Origin: a virus
Taxonomy: Duplodnaviria > Caudoviricetes
Strand: one strand, 5' to 3'
DNA: 50,785 nucleotides
IMG/VR virus record: IMGVR_UViG_3300008005_000900
Coordinates: 1 to 50,785 of that record
The translations under genes and the position numbers were made by a program. The notes under the pieces are model-generated. The model did not search any database. It saw nothing but the letters and a program-made list of their open reading frames with translations, and was not told the DNA's origin. Of the stretch, positions 27,472-36,825 are shown piece by piece (positions within the stretch are counted from its first letter, which is position 1; every line of letters starts with the position of its first letter).

Positions 27472-29642
27472 TCGCCTAGTCCGTAGTTAGCCGTTGGGCT
27501 TTCAAACTTATATTTAATATTTAACTCGGCCATAAACTGCTGCCAATCACTATCAAGCTTGGCTTGGTTCTTTTTCAAGTCAGCGATTAGCTTTTCAGTA
27601 TTTATCTTATCGTTCTGAGCAAGGCGCATCATTTCGATACGCTCTTTAGATGCGGCCTCTTGCAAGCCAGCCTGAACTTTTGCCCCAAACATTTCATATT
27701 CAAATTTGAATTTGGCTTGTTGCTGATCCATTCTCATTTGCTCAACTGCAATAGCTGAGTCTTGAGGCTGCTCGCCCTGTTGTTCCTGTTGCTTCTTGAT
27801 GAATTCCTCTAATTCTTCATCAGTCGGCAACATTGAAGCAGGCAAGCTTTGCGTTTTCGCCCACTGCCTGAGTATCTCTGCGGCTTTTAGTTGTAACACT
27901 GGTGCAAATACCGGGTTACTGCCGACTACGCCCAAGAAGTTGGTTATAGCTGCGGCTTGTGTTTCTTTGACGAGTAGCGCTGAAGTGCCGCGAGCATCAA
28001 CCTGGTAATCACCTTTAATGTCGCCGTTTTCGTTGTATTCCATGTTCCAGTGGTAAAAGTCTTTTATCATGGGTGAAGTAATATTGTCGTCCCATGCTTT
28101 CACCTGCCTACGTCTAACCGTGTTGGCGCTATTCATTAAAATAGACATACCGCCAAGGGTTTGAGTAGATTGGCCTTGTTCGCCTTGCTGGAGCATTGGA
28201 ATGCCTGATACTTCATCAAACATGATTCGAGCCATTTGGTAGATACCTTGAAGCTCTGGCAAATGACTGTTGAATTCCATTGCAGTAAATACTTTGCGAA
28301 TATCGTCAACTGAGCCGGATAACTCCCATTGTTTGAATGGCTCCAATGCCCAATCACCGTTTACCGGGCTAATGTGTTTACCTGAGCGCCCTATTTGTGG
28401 CCCCGCAGTAATCGCGCCGTTATCTAAAATCATGCGCCATACTGAGTTAATAATCGCTTGTTCATCACGCACCATTCGAGGTACGCCATAACCAAACAAG
28501 CAAGAGTCGTCAGGCTCCCAGTTAAAGACGCGATAAGGTAGGTAATCCTCGTAATCCATCATCTTTAATTTGGCACCAATAGTAATGCCGCCACAATAAA
28601 ACACGGTGGCGATCACTTCTTCGCCCTCGAACTCTTTCAGTAAAGCATCGCGTTCTTCGGCATCTTCGGGCAGCTCAACTGCACCCAAGCGGATTAATGC
28701 GTCATAGCTAACAGGCCCGGTATATTCCCACGTCTCAAAACGAGTGTCGTTTAATGACTCAGACAAACCAGCCAGACGACGAACATCATCCATGTATGAA
28801 CTTGAGTGCTGAGTTTGCGCACCCGTCATTTGCAGCACTTTTTTAATCTGCTCTTTATCAAAGCCTTTACGCTTAACCAGCCCTTTTAGCTGGGCTTTAC
28901 TCATGAATCGACGTTCAAACACAAATTCGCATTCGCTTATGTGACTTGCCGACATATCAGGAAAGAAATCCCAAGGGCGAACCACTTCGCATGCTGGCGT
29001 TAGGCTTTCAACGAGTTTATGCGTCCAGCCTTCTTTGGTTTCCATATAAACCTTGTCTTGTTTGCCAACAACTACAGGGCCTTTTAGTATGCCTGTGCCA
29101 ATAACACAGGCGTCATGAATGACTTTGCGGCATTTTGCTTCGTAGTCCGATTCGACTAACTGATCGTTAATCTCGTCTTCCATCTTGTCGCAACGGTCAT
29201 TAGCTATCTGAAGCTTACGCGCTGCAAGCATGCCGTTAGTAACAATCTCGCCTTCTTCGTCTTGATACTTCTGCCCGTCAATTTGTGCGGGTGAATCGTC
29301 GTTCAATTGATCTGCTATCTCAGGCACAGGTGTTGGCTTGATGCCCCAGTTTTTATCTGTATTTGGAAAGAGCAGATCGATTAATTGTGACTCACCGGCA
29401 TTGGTTTTAGCGCGAGTAAGCTTGATGAATGTACTTGATCGCTTAGCTTTCTTTAGCTCTGCCACTCTTGATTGGTCATAACTGCCGTGGTAGTTCTGTA
29501 AATCCTCAACCATGCGAATATCAATCGCGTTTCTGTCCGTGATTGTATCCGACAATTTACGCTCTAATTCCATAGCAAGATTGTCTAGCGGGTTTTGAAC
29601 ATCATATTCATGCCCGTAGTCTTTGGGTTTAAGCTTTGTCAT
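27468..29642 (-). CDS. portal protein
   Basis: 724 aa after TerL; GTGILKGP, PWDFFPD, FGYGVP, QTLGGMSILMNSA, GDYQVDARG; C-terminal coiled-coil barrel. Confidence 0.85.
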   Translation of the reverse strand: MTKLKPKDYGHEYDVQNPLDNLAMELERKLSDTITDRNAIDIRMVEDLQNYHGSYDQSRVAELKKAKRSSTFIKLTRAKTNAGESQLIDLLFPNTDKNWGIKPTPVPEIADQLNDDSPAQIDGQKYQDEEGEIVTNGMLAARKLQIANDRCDKMEDEINDQLVESDYEAKCRKVIHDACVIGTGILKGPVVVGKQDKVYMETKEGWTHKLVESLTPACEVVRPWDFFPDMSASHISECEFVFERRFMSKAQLKGLVKRKGFDKEQIKKVLQMTGAQTQHSSSYMDDVRRLAGLSESLNDTRFETWEYTGPVSYDALIRLGAVELPEDAEERDALLKEFEGEEVIATVFYCGGITIGAKLKMMDYEDYLPYRVFNWEPDDSCLFGYGVPRMVRDEQAIINSVWRMILDNGAITAGPQIGRSGKHISPVNGDWALEPFKQWELSGSVDDIRKVFTAMEFNSHLPELQGIYQMARIMFDEVSGIPMLQQGEQGQSTQTLGGMSILMNSANTVRRRQVKAWDDNITSPMIKDFYHWNMEYNENGDIKGDYQVDARGTSALLVKETQAAAITNFLGVVGSNPVFAPVLQLKAAEILRQWAKTQSLPASMLPTDEELEEFIKKQQEQQGEQPQDSAIAVEQMRMDQQQAKFKFEYEMFGAKVQAGLQEAASKERIEMMRLAQNDKINTEKLIADLKKNQAKLDSDWQQFMAELNIKYKFESPTANYGLGE

Positions 29643-31132
29643 TAGTAACCTGTTGTTGAGTCTGCGATCATAGATTGATTTGTGTTTGTTGAAGCTAGGT
29701 GAGCGTCACGCCATGCGTAATCAATTTCACCTTGAGCGCCTTGACATAAGTATTGTTTTGCATCGTGTGGATGCGAGTAAGCGTTTTTGTCTGCAGCATC
29801 AGCGTATTTCTCGCCACTGACATTTAAGCGCCTGAACGCATAGCCACCGTTGTAACCCTTAATCAATACCGGGCAATCTGGGCTTATTTCCATCGCTGGA
29901 GCGCCATCTATTCGCCCTGTTAGAAACGTGTTAACCGCTTCCCATCGTCTTTCAGGCTTGTTTGATGCTGTTGGGTACGCTGCTAAATTGTATTCATCGT
30001 TGATAATGCCAAGTGGTGAGTTTTCATCGTTACCGCTTTTAGCTACACCCGCCGGATCGCCGTAAACCTCAATATCTGACTTATTGAAGCGCTTCAGATC
30101 CACGTTGATGTATGGCATTACAAGCGTGTCCATGAATGAGCGAATACCCATTCCGGTAGCGATTAACTCTTTGATGACTCTTAGCTTGCCGTTTGGCATG
30201 AGCTGGCCAACAACTGCGGCTGGTGTGCGCCCAAAGTCGATGCCAATCATAATCTTTGGCACTTTAACGATGGGAGATAACGGGTATTTAGCTACGTGAA
30301 TAGCGTCATTCCACAAGCCTTGATAAATCGGCTTGCCGCTTGATACGTGGCCGTACTGATTAGCCAGGTTAACCCTAATCCAATCATCCTTTTTACTGCC
30401 CACTTGATTAATATAATAACCATCCGGCAGATTATGTAGGTTCTCAGCATGTGGATTTTCCACCCATTCTGATCGCCTATCCATTCCAGTGCCGTGAACA
30501 ATCTCTAAAACGCCCCCAGGTTGACGCAAGAACGTCCAGCCAGCGGGTTTAATTTGTTCGGCTAACTCGTAATACCAATGATCTGAATCTGGTGCGTTAG
30601 TGTCACCAATCATGCCATGCCAAGTTGGGTTTTGCGGGTAACGACCATGACGTCCATCGCACATATCAACAATGGCTTTATCTAGCTCTTTGACTTCGTT
30701 AAGCCAAAATCCGGTAATCTGAGTACCGCGAAGCTTTCTAACAGCCTTCTCGTTGTCCAAAGCCAGAAAAACAAGCTCAGCAATAACGCGAGTCCCGTCT
30801 TCTAAATCAAAATCCATGTAATGCGTGGGAGGGAAACTATTATCCATCCTGCCAATCTTGATGTGTTCATTGTGATAAAGCTCACACCAATCTTTCATTG
30901 TCGTACCGGTTAAATCAGGGTACGTGTTACGAATAGCCATCCATCGGCTTTTACGTGAGTTGTTTTCGTCCGGCGCTTGTTCGCACATTTGCTTAAACAC
31001 TCGCTCGCATGAAGCGGTTGTTTTAGCAGAGCCTAATGGCCCCATAATCATCGTGACGCGATCACGGCAATTAATATAAGCCTCTAAAGTATCTCCTTGC
31101 GGCGCAAAGTGAAACTCTATTGATTGACCCAT
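29642..31132 (-). CDS. terL: terminase large subunit
   Basis: Walker A GPLGSAKT, Walker B FWLNE, GDTNAP, nuclease GIDFGRTPA, GDPAG, SHPHDAKQY. Confidence 0.9.
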   Translation of the reverse strand: MGQSIEFHFAPQGDTLEAYINCRDRVTMIMGPLGSAKTTASCERVFKQMCEQAPDENNSRKSRWMAIRNTYPDLTGTTMKDWCELYHNEHIKIGRMDNSFPPTHYMDFDLEDGTRVIAELVFLALDNEKAVRKLRGTQITGFWLNEVKELDKAIVDMCDGRHGRYPQNPTWHGMIGDTNAPDSDHWYYELAEQIKPAGWTFLRQPGGVLEIVHGTGMDRRSEWVENPHAENLHNLPDGYYINQVGSKKDDWIRVNLANQYGHVSSGKPIYQGLWNDAIHVAKYPLSPIVKVPKIMIGIDFGRTPAAVVGQLMPNGKLRVIKELIATGMGIRSFMDTLVMPYINVDLKRFNKSDIEVYGDPAGVAKSGNDENSPLGIINDEYNLAAYPTASNKPERRWEAVNTFLTGRIDGAPAMEISPDCPVLIKGYNGGYAFRRLNVSGEKYADAADKNAYSHPHDAKQYLCQGAQGEIDYAWRDAHLASTNTNQSMIADSTTGY

Positions 31133-31217
31133 TTATGCAGCTTTTATGTGATTTATGCAGAACTCAGAAATATAACCCTGCTGAATTTTGGCACTTATGA
31201 ATAGTTATTCTGCATAG

Positions 31218-31778
31218 TTATGCTGATTTAGGCTTTTTGCCCGTCATATCTTTGATAACAACTGTTGTTCTAGCGTTAAGATCGGCATTAATCTTGGTTG
31301 GAGCATTCCAACCCAATATATCGCTAAGTTGTTTAATTGCCGCCTGCGGATCGTGAAGCTCTAATTTAGGGCCCATCTTTGTAGCTGTGACTGATTTGAT
31401 GGCAGATAAAGCAAGTGGACTTATTTCATCGCTATTCTTAATGCGCCAAATTGTTTCTTTAACGTCAGCGCCGTTTTCGTCCTGCCCAACAACTCTTTCT
31501 GAAAACTCAGCTATATCATTGACCGTGACTCTTGCGCTTAATGAGAGTCTTTCAAGCGCTTCCTGCTTTGTCATTACTGATGAAGTAACAGCCGCCTGGT
31601 TAAGCTCCTTCAGTCTTACCGCGATCTTACCGTTTTTTAGTAATTCACTTGCTTTAACGTTAATTGTCTCAAGCTTCATTTTTTCAGCAGAATAAGATGC
31701 TCTGTAAGCATCTGAAGCATTGCCGCACCTGTTATATTCGATACAGAAAGCTTCTTGCTTTTGTGTGAGGTTGCTCAT
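31218..31778 (-). CDS. terS: terminase small subunit
   Basis: LTQKQEAFCIEY..GNASDAYR..Y...ASELLKN; KLELHD..AAIKQL..ILG. Confidence 0.9.
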   Translation of the reverse strand: MSNLTQKQEAFCIEYNRCGNASDAYRASYSAEKMKLETINVKASELLKNGKIAVRLKELNQAAVTSSVMTKQEALERLSLSARVTVNDIAEFSERVVGQDENGADVKETIWRIKNSDEISPLALSAIKSVTATKMGPKLELHDPQAAIKQLSDILGWNAPTKINADLNARTTVVIKDMTGKKPKSA

Positions 31779-31784
31779 TGATTA

Positions 31785-32318
31785 TCAGGAATTAATTTGG
31801 TTTGTTTTCAGGTGGCTTTTGTATGGGTGATTATCTGGCAATGGACTGCATAACCAATAAATACCACCAGGGCTTTCTTTATGTGCCAAGTGGCTTTTTA
31901 CGGAGCACATTGCATGAGCAGTGGTTTCAACACAGAAATCTTTAATCGGATCGTGATAGTTTACTTTGATATAGGCGCAGATTAAGCCGAGCATATCGAA
32001 TGGCATGCCTAGCCTAGCTCTTGCTATCTCGATGTCGCCGTATGTTTCGCGTATATCAACCAATGGGTACCGGGCTATAAACTCAAGCAAAGGCGTTTTA
32101 GTTACGCCGTAAGGCTTACTGTATGACGCACCAAATAATGAATGCTTGAGCCATTCCCGAAAAGGTGGTCCTAACGACTCAATAACCTGTCCGTCTTCTT
32201 CGTCTATCGGACCGCAATGAGTCCAGATGCTTTTTGTACTTCGTTTAATCGTTCTGCTAATCCAGTGATCGCCAGAGCCGAAAATGATTAGCATTTTAAA
32301 TCGCGTTTTCAGCCGCAA
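31785..32318 (-). CDS. permuted papain-like (NlpC/P60, YiiX-type) amidase/peptidase; start may be ATG at 32294
   Basis: ISRTIK..T.S.WTHCG (His), ARLGMPFD, FCVE (Cys): His-before-Cys order. Confidence 0.7.
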   Translation of the reverse strand: MRLKTRFKMLIIFGSGDHWISRTIKRSTKSIWTHCGPIDEEDGQVIESLGPPFREWLKHSLFGASYSKPYGVTKTPLLEFIARYPLVDIRETYGDIEIARARLGMPFDMLGLICAYIKVNYHDPIKDFCVETTAHAMCSVKSHLAHKESPGGIYWLCSPLPDNHPYKSHLKTNQINS

Positions 32319-32622
32319 ATATTTTGGCTAACTGTGAATTGGCAAAAGCTCGGTAGGGCGCAAGCTCCTCTTCAAGCTTATTAATCTGTATCTCAAGATT
32401 ACTAATATGCTGAGTCTGACTGTTAACCTGGATAACCAAAAGTTCAGATTGTCTGCTAAGCAACTCAACTTGCTTAGATAGCGCCAGTGTTGCGTTCTTA
32501 ACCATCTTAGGCATTAAATACAAATAAGACAGGATCAAAGCAATGATAGTGCCGGTACAAAAACCAACAACAAACTCCGGTGACTTCTCAGCCAAAAAGG
32601 CCATTATCTGCGCGTATTCCAC
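32296..32622 (-). CDS. single-TM coiled-coil lysis-cassette protein (possible i-spanin-like)
   Basis: GTG start overlapping the holin stop; TM followed by heptad-rich helix. Confidence 0.5.
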   Translation of the reverse strand: MEYAQIMAFLAEKSPEFVVGFCTGTIIALILSYLYLMPKMVKNATLALSKQVELLSRQSELLVIQVNSQTQHISNLEIQINKLEEELAPYRAFANSQLAKIFAAENAI

Positions 32623-33011
32623 TACTTCTTCGCCTTTTCTACTATTTTTTCTAATGATCGCCCAGTGACATAGCCGCCTAAGCCAATTTGTAATAGCGTC
32701 CATGCTTCTGTTGCTAAGGGGTTGGCCAGCCAACCGAATGAGTCAAACACCACTAAGGCCAAGAACGTTAGCATTGTGATTGGCCGCCAACTTCTTTGGA
32801 GCCAGCTTTGGCCGTTAGCCTCTGCTGTGATAATCGAGGTTTTCGATTCAAGTATTTTTGTTTCATACTCAATCACTTTGCTGTGCATCTCGTTTTGGAT
32901 GACTGTCAGCTTGTTAGCCAGGGTCAGTTTTTCTTCGTCACTAGTGTGCAGGTCATCAATCAGCTTAGCCGCTGGCGCAAATATCTCACCGATGAAACTA
33001 AAAATATTCAT
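32622..33011 (-). CDS. holin (3TM / GTA-holin family)
   Basis: LIDDLHTSDEEK...SWLQRSWRP...LGGYV.GRSLEK. Confidence 0.8.
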   Translation of the reverse strand: MNIFSFIGEIFAPAAKLIDDLHTSDEEKLTLANKLTVIQNEMHSKVIEYETKILESKTSIITAEANGQSWLQRSWRPITMLTFLALVVFDSFGWLANPLATEAWTLLQIGLGGYVTGRSLEKIVEKAKK

Positions 33012-33014
33012 TTC

Positions 33015-33377
33015 TTATGCGGCTTTGATAACCAGTTGATCTTTAACCAACGCAAGGCGCATTTGAAAGATGAATGCTAATTTGTCAATTACAGACATTT
33101 CACCGCCCTCCGAATATTTCTTTAGCGTTTCGTTGAAAGATTTAATAATCAGACCAGCTAACGTTTCGACGTCAATGTCTTTTTGTATGTCTTCCCACAG
33201 CGTGTCGAATTGCTTTATTAATTCCCAATCTGAGCCTTTTTTAAGCAGTAATGCTGGGTAAACGATGCCTGGCCATTTAATTGGATCGAAGTCAAAAAGC
33301 CCGGCATAAAAAGAATTTGCCCCGATTGTAAAGGCGTAACCTCTGCCTTGCGCGTCTGTTGGTGTAATCATTGCCAT
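33015..33377 (-). CDS. hypothetical protein between endolysin and holin
   Basis: 120-aa ORF overlapping the lysozyme stop; start may be ATG at 33371. Confidence 0.6.
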   Translation of the reverse strand: MAMITPTDAQGRGYAFTIGANSFYAGLFDFDPIKWPGIVYPALLLKKGSDWELIKQFDTLWEDIQKDIDVETLAGLIIKSFNETLKKYSEGGEMSVIDKLAFIFQMRLALVKDQLVIKAA

Positions 33378-33796
33378 TCTCCGGTTTGAAGCTGTTCGGC
33401 TAATTCGTGTGCGCGATTACCCACTTGCACAGCGTAATGACTGTTTAATAGCTCCGCTGCGGCTTCATCGTAATCTTCACGCTCTAATGCGCCGATCATA
33501 TTTTTAAAATTGAGTAGGCCAGTAACGCCTAGATTGAAAGCCATATTGACCAATACAGCTTGTCTTGTGCCTGAGAAGGTGCGAAAACTTGGCAGTCTGC
33601 GTCTTAGTTCTTCTTCAAAATAAATGATGTCGTTATCAAGCATAAACATGGCTTCTTGCTCTGTTACGCCTTTAGCTTCGAGATTTCGACCCACGCCAAT
33701 AGTTAACTTTCCTGATGTGCATTTATACGGCTTTAATTTAATCCCTTCATGCCCTATCAGTTGACGCTTTAGTTGGTCGTAGCAAATCATTAACAA
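33368..33796 (-). CDS. endolysin, GH24 (T4-like) lysozyme
   Basis: HEG.KLKPYKCTSGKLTIGVGRNL; LVNMAFNLG; AVQVGNRA. Confidence 0.9.
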   Translation of the reverse strand: MLMICYDQLKRQLIGHEGIKLKPYKCTSGKLTIGVGRNLEAKGVTEQEAMFMLDNDIIYFEEELRRRLPSFRTFSGTRQAVLVNMAFNLGVTGLLNFKNMIGALEREDYDEAAAELLNSHYAVQVGNRAHELAEQLQTGEWQ

Positions 33797-34044
33797 GTCA
33801 CTTCCATTCTATTTAAAATGCTGCCGTCATCGATTTTCGTGTTAAGTGGTGACTTTAATTCTCTTGGCATTTGCAGGGTTGCGCCTTTTAAGTTGGCACT
33901 CTTTAATCGTTTCATTTCAGCAAATAGCGCAAATTCAGCTATTGAATTACCGACTTCTGAATCGCTATCAATTCCTGATTTTTCAAAGAATTCATTTAGC
34001 GTTTTAATGCAGTCTGAACACTGAAGATAATCAATAGCTTTCAT
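33790..34044 (-). CDS. hypothetical protein, first ORF of late operon
   Basis: 84-aa ORF overlapping the lysozyme start. Confidence 0.5.
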   Translation of the reverse strand: MKAIDYLQCSDCIKTLNEFFEKSGIDSDSEVGNSIAEFALFAEMKRLKSANLKGATLQMPRELKSPLNTKIDDGSILNRMEVTC

Positions 34045-34061
34045 TTCAAAGGCCTTTAAAC

Positions 34062-34085
34062 GAAAAACCCCGCACTAGGCAGGGT
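34062..34085 (-). terminator. second late-leader terminator
   Basis: ACCCTGC-CTAGT-GCGGGGT plus T run on the minus strand. Confidence 0.55.
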
Positions 34086-34117
34086 AAACAGGGAAGCACT
34101 TGTTTAATTTTTGGCAC

Positions 34118-34140
34118 AAAAAAACCGCAATTAAGCGGTT
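34118..34140 (-). terminator. tR'-like terminator downstream of late promoter
   Basis: AACCGC-TTAATT-GCGGTT plus T run. Confidence 0.75.
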
Positions 34141-34177
34141 ATGTGCTGACAAGACGGAAAACTCCAAGTCTTATAGC

Positions 34178-34206
34178 ATAATAGAGCATAACATTTATGC
34201 AGTCAA
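34178..34206 (-). promoter_or_regulatory. pR'-like late promoter
   Basis: TTGACT-17 nt-TATTAT, downstream of Q and just upstream of terminators. Confidence 0.7.
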
Positions 34207-34315
34207 CTCTTGCGATAATAGAAAAATGCTAACCATTTTTGGCTGTTAAAACTCACTGTTTATTGTGTATTTAAAATTATTTTCATTTATTTTAAATAAA
34301 GCGCTTGCATTATAG

Positions 34316-34480
34316 CGCGCTAATAAAGCGCAGAACGAAAAACGCCAAGGCAAGCCACGCTTGCCAAGTGTTATATTAACGAATGAGCAAAACGCACTTT
34401 TAAATGATATGGCTAAACTGCACGGCAGTAAAACTGCTGCTATTTTTGCAGGGCTTGAGTTGCTAAAATCAAGCCGCTAA
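34316..34480 (+). pseudogene. 5'-truncated ribbon-helix-helix-like gene remnant
   Basis: open frame RANKAQNEKRQGKPRLPSVILTNEQNALLNDMAKLHGSKTAAIFAGLELLKSSR with no start codon or RBS at its 5' end. Confidence 0.45.
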
Positions 34481-35056
34481 ATCTTTATTGAGTCTATCCA
34501 TTACCTCGTGGGCAAATCGTTTTGCCGCCGATTCTGCAACATTTAGCCTGTCTACTGCATCCATGTAAACTGAATAATATAGCTCGTTGAACTGCTCAAA
34601 TGTCATTTTATTGTCGCTTGGTCGCTGACTGTTGATAGTTAAATAAAGCTGTTTTGTTGTGAGTATAATTCGCCCCACCCCTTGGCATTTTGTGCAGGTA
34701 ACAAGCTTGCGCTCTTTCTTGTATATCGCCTCACCATTCCCTTTGCACTTATCGCAAATGCAGGTATCGCAAACCTCGTGTATAGCATTCTCAGCGATTA
34801 TAGCGCTCATGAGTATATTGATTGACTTGTCATGATGAAGCCAGGCAGTAAACGTTTTAACAAGTTTATTCCTACTGTTTTTGTCTAACTGTATTTTGGC
34901 CTGCAATATCATGTTGCCAACCGGCTCGTGCCGCTGGACCTGGGCAAGGATATTTAAAATGTCGGCACTGGTCATTGGGTTTAGTCCGGGCTTAGTCGGC
35001 TCACCTGTTAGCGACTTAGGGCATTCTCTACTGTATAAGCGCTCAATTGACATCAT
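34469..35056 (-). CDS. late antiterminator Q (Zn-finger type)
   Basis: MTSADIL..LAQVQ...PVG, CDKCKGNG...CTKCQGVG; last gene before pR'. Confidence 0.75.
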   Translation of the reverse strand: MMSIERLYSRECPKSLTGEPTKPGLNPMTSADILNILAQVQRHEPVGNMILQAKIQLDKNSRNKLVKTFTAWLHHDKSINILMSAIIAENAIHEVCDTCICDKCKGNGEAIYKKERKLVTCTKCQGVGRIILTTKQLYLTINSQRPSDNKMTFEQFNELYYSVYMDAVDRLNVAESAAKRFAHEVMDRLNKDLAA

Positions 35057-35291
35057 AATTTTTGCCTGCCTGTGATGTGGTTAAAAAAATGCTTCTTTTA
35101 GCTGCCTGCATAACATTAATAAAGGCTTGGTATTCTCTTTCGGTGACTTTAATCATTACCTGATCATCTTCAATAGCTTCAACTGTATTGAATTTGGTTA
35201 GGCACTTGTCATTTAAGCAAACCCTTAAACGCCTATTCTCTCTGCTATCCTTGACTTTAGTTTTGCTATTACACTTTGGGCAATACATCAT
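35043..35291 (-). CDS. small Zn-ribbon protein (NrdR-N/Ogr-like); start likely 35288
   Basis: CPKCNSKTKVKDSR..RRLRVC...C..KFNTVE. Confidence 0.7.
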   Translation of the reverse strand: MMYCPKCNSKTKVKDSRENRRLRVCLNDKCLTKFNTVEAIEDDQVMIKVTEREYQAFINVMQAAKRSIFLTTSQAGKNYDVN

Positions 35292-35532
35292 TTTCTATTG
35301 CCTCGTAGTGGTCTCCATTGTTTCCATTACTGGCTATGATTTCTATTCTCTCAGGCTCAGGCCAGTCCTTTGGCTGCGGGTATGTTTTAATAAGCCTGTC
35401 TAATGCGACCTGCTGTGCATTTACTGGTTTTGTGTATCTTGCTTTAGTGCAGGCAATGTAATCATACCCAGAGCCTTTGTGTATTCCATTTATTAATGGC
35501 AGCCGTCTTGCGCATCCGTCGCACTGGTTCAT
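35269..35532 (-). CDS. nin-region hypothetical protein (MNQCDGC...)
   Basis: ATGA overlap with upstream gene; CxxC..H..C; ERIEIIASNGNNGDHY. Confidence 0.55.
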   Translation of the reverse strand: MNQCDGCARRLPLINGIHKGSGYDYIACTKARYTKPVNAQQVALDRLIKTYPQPKDWPEPERIEIIASNGNNGDHYEAIENDVLPKV

Positions 35533-35969
35533 GCTGCTAAATACCCAAAATAAGCGGCTGACCGGGTATCTTCGTTGCTGGCCCTTTCCCACCCGGTAAC
35601 CCGCTGAAACTTATTTTTGTCTTTGGCCCAATTACCGCTTTGTGGCTTATGCAAAACGTATTTAATGCCGAAGTGGTCAAGCATTCGCATTAGCTCAGTT
35701 TGCGCTTGCTGGCAGGCTCCTATATTTCGCGCAATACTCATGTTAACTTTGCTGTTTTTGGTCATGTTTCTACTGTAAACAAAGTCATTGGCGCAGACAT
35801 TCTCTATACTGAATACCGTTTCGTTTGCGGCATTTAATAAATCAGGCGTGATGATATTTTCAATAATTTCAACTAGGTTGTATTTGCGCAAATCAGCTAA
35901 TTTACCATCTACGTAAATGGCAACACCATGTTTTTCGGTGTCCGGGTCGATACCTACCGTAGTTTTCAT
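35529..35969 (-). CDS. RuvC/RNase H-fold putative Holliday-junction resolvase
   Basis: VGIDPD..KHGVA, FSIEN, SNEDTRSAA. Confidence 0.65.
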   Translation of the reverse strand: MKTTVGIDPDTEKHGVAIYVDGKLADLRKYNLVEIIENIITPDLLNAANETVFSIENVCANDFVYSRNMTKNSKVNMSIARNIGACQQAQTELMRMLDHFGIKYVLHKPQSGNWAKDKNKFQRVTGWERASNEDTRSAAYFGYLAA

Positions 35970-36262
35970 GCTGCCACCTTGATTAGTTGATTAACCATTT
36001 CCAATAATTCCAACTCGGTACCAAAATCACGCTCAAAGTTTGCCTTGCTTTGATGTATGGCGTTTTTATCGTGCCGGTGATGTCGAACGCACAGCGGGAT
36101 AACGTGATAGTTATCATTGCGCTGGCTCATGCCCATGCCGGTTCTAATGTGGTGAATTTCTGCGGGAGTATCGCTATAACCTATAGTCCGGCATGCAATA
36201 CAGCCCAGTGCAGCAACTTTTGAAAGATGGTGCTTTTCAGCTTTAGTTTTTGTTTTAGCCAT
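35966..36262 (-). CDS. Ref-like HNH nuclease (recombination enhancement function)
   Basis: KVAALGCIAC...PAEIHHIR.GMG...VIPLCVRHH...IH...FGTE.ELL. Confidence 0.8.
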   Translation of the reverse strand: MAKTKTKAEKHHLSKVAALGCIACRTIGYSDTPAEIHHIRTGMGMSQRNDNYHVIPLCVRHHRHDKNAIHQSKANFERDFGTELELLEMVNQLIKVAA

Positions 36263-36419
36263 TCGCCTTGCTCCCTCTCTCATAGTGGGTGCATCGAACA
36301 ATGACCACGTTTTCGATCTGGTCTATTTTCGGCATTTCGGCAAAGTTTAGGTGTGAGCAGTCCAGGTACTTCTTTTTGCAACTGGTACACATGCCGCCCT
36401 TGGGTTGGTGGGTGGTCAT
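36255..36419 (-). CDS. NinD-like Cys-rich protein (54 aa)
   Basis: read by hand: HQPKGGMCTSC...DCSHLNF..M....IVRCTHY. Confidence 0.65.
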   Translation of the reverse strand: MTTHQPKGGMCTSCKKKYLDCSHLNFAEMPKIDQIENVVIVRCTHYERGSKANG

Positions 36420-36628
36420 CCTTTCATCGCCTTAAATACTGCTGCGTTGACGTCACTCTTAAACTTTTCAGCACAGGCTTTTGCTTTGGCGTTAGACTCA
36501 CAATGCCAGTCATGTTTTCTCATGAACTTTCTATAAATCAACATGAATTTTTTGCTCGTATCTTTGTCAGGAACAGTCAAGGATTCACCGCAATAAAGGC
36601 ACTCTAATTTAGCTCCGGTAACTTTCAT
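36416..36628 (-). CDS. small Zn-binding hypothetical protein
   Basis: CLYCGE...KHDWHC; coupled to neighbours. Confidence 0.55.
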   Translation of the reverse strand: MKVTGAKLECLYCGESLTVPDKDTSKKFMLIYRKFMRKHDWHCESNAKAKACAEKFKSDVNAAVFKAMKG

Positions 36629-36825
36629 CACTTCACCGCCCAATACTTGTTTAAAAGGTCTTTAAAGGTTTGCTGCTCTGATTCTTCTAAGTTGCTTATT
36701 GCAATATCAATCCCGACACGGTTTATCTGTCCGCGCTTTAGTTGGTTAATCAATAAAGCGGCTTTACGGGCTAAAGCTTCATGGCGCTGCTGTTCTGGTG
36801 TTAGTTGGGATAGGTTCATCATCAA
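36628..36825 (-). CDS. hypothetical protein
   Basis: MNLSQLTPEQQ... ORF with overlapping start/stop on both sides. Confidence 0.6.
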   Translation of the reverse strand: MMMNLSQLTPEQQRHEALARKAALLINQLKRGQINRVGIDIAISNLEESEQQTFKDLLNKYWAVK

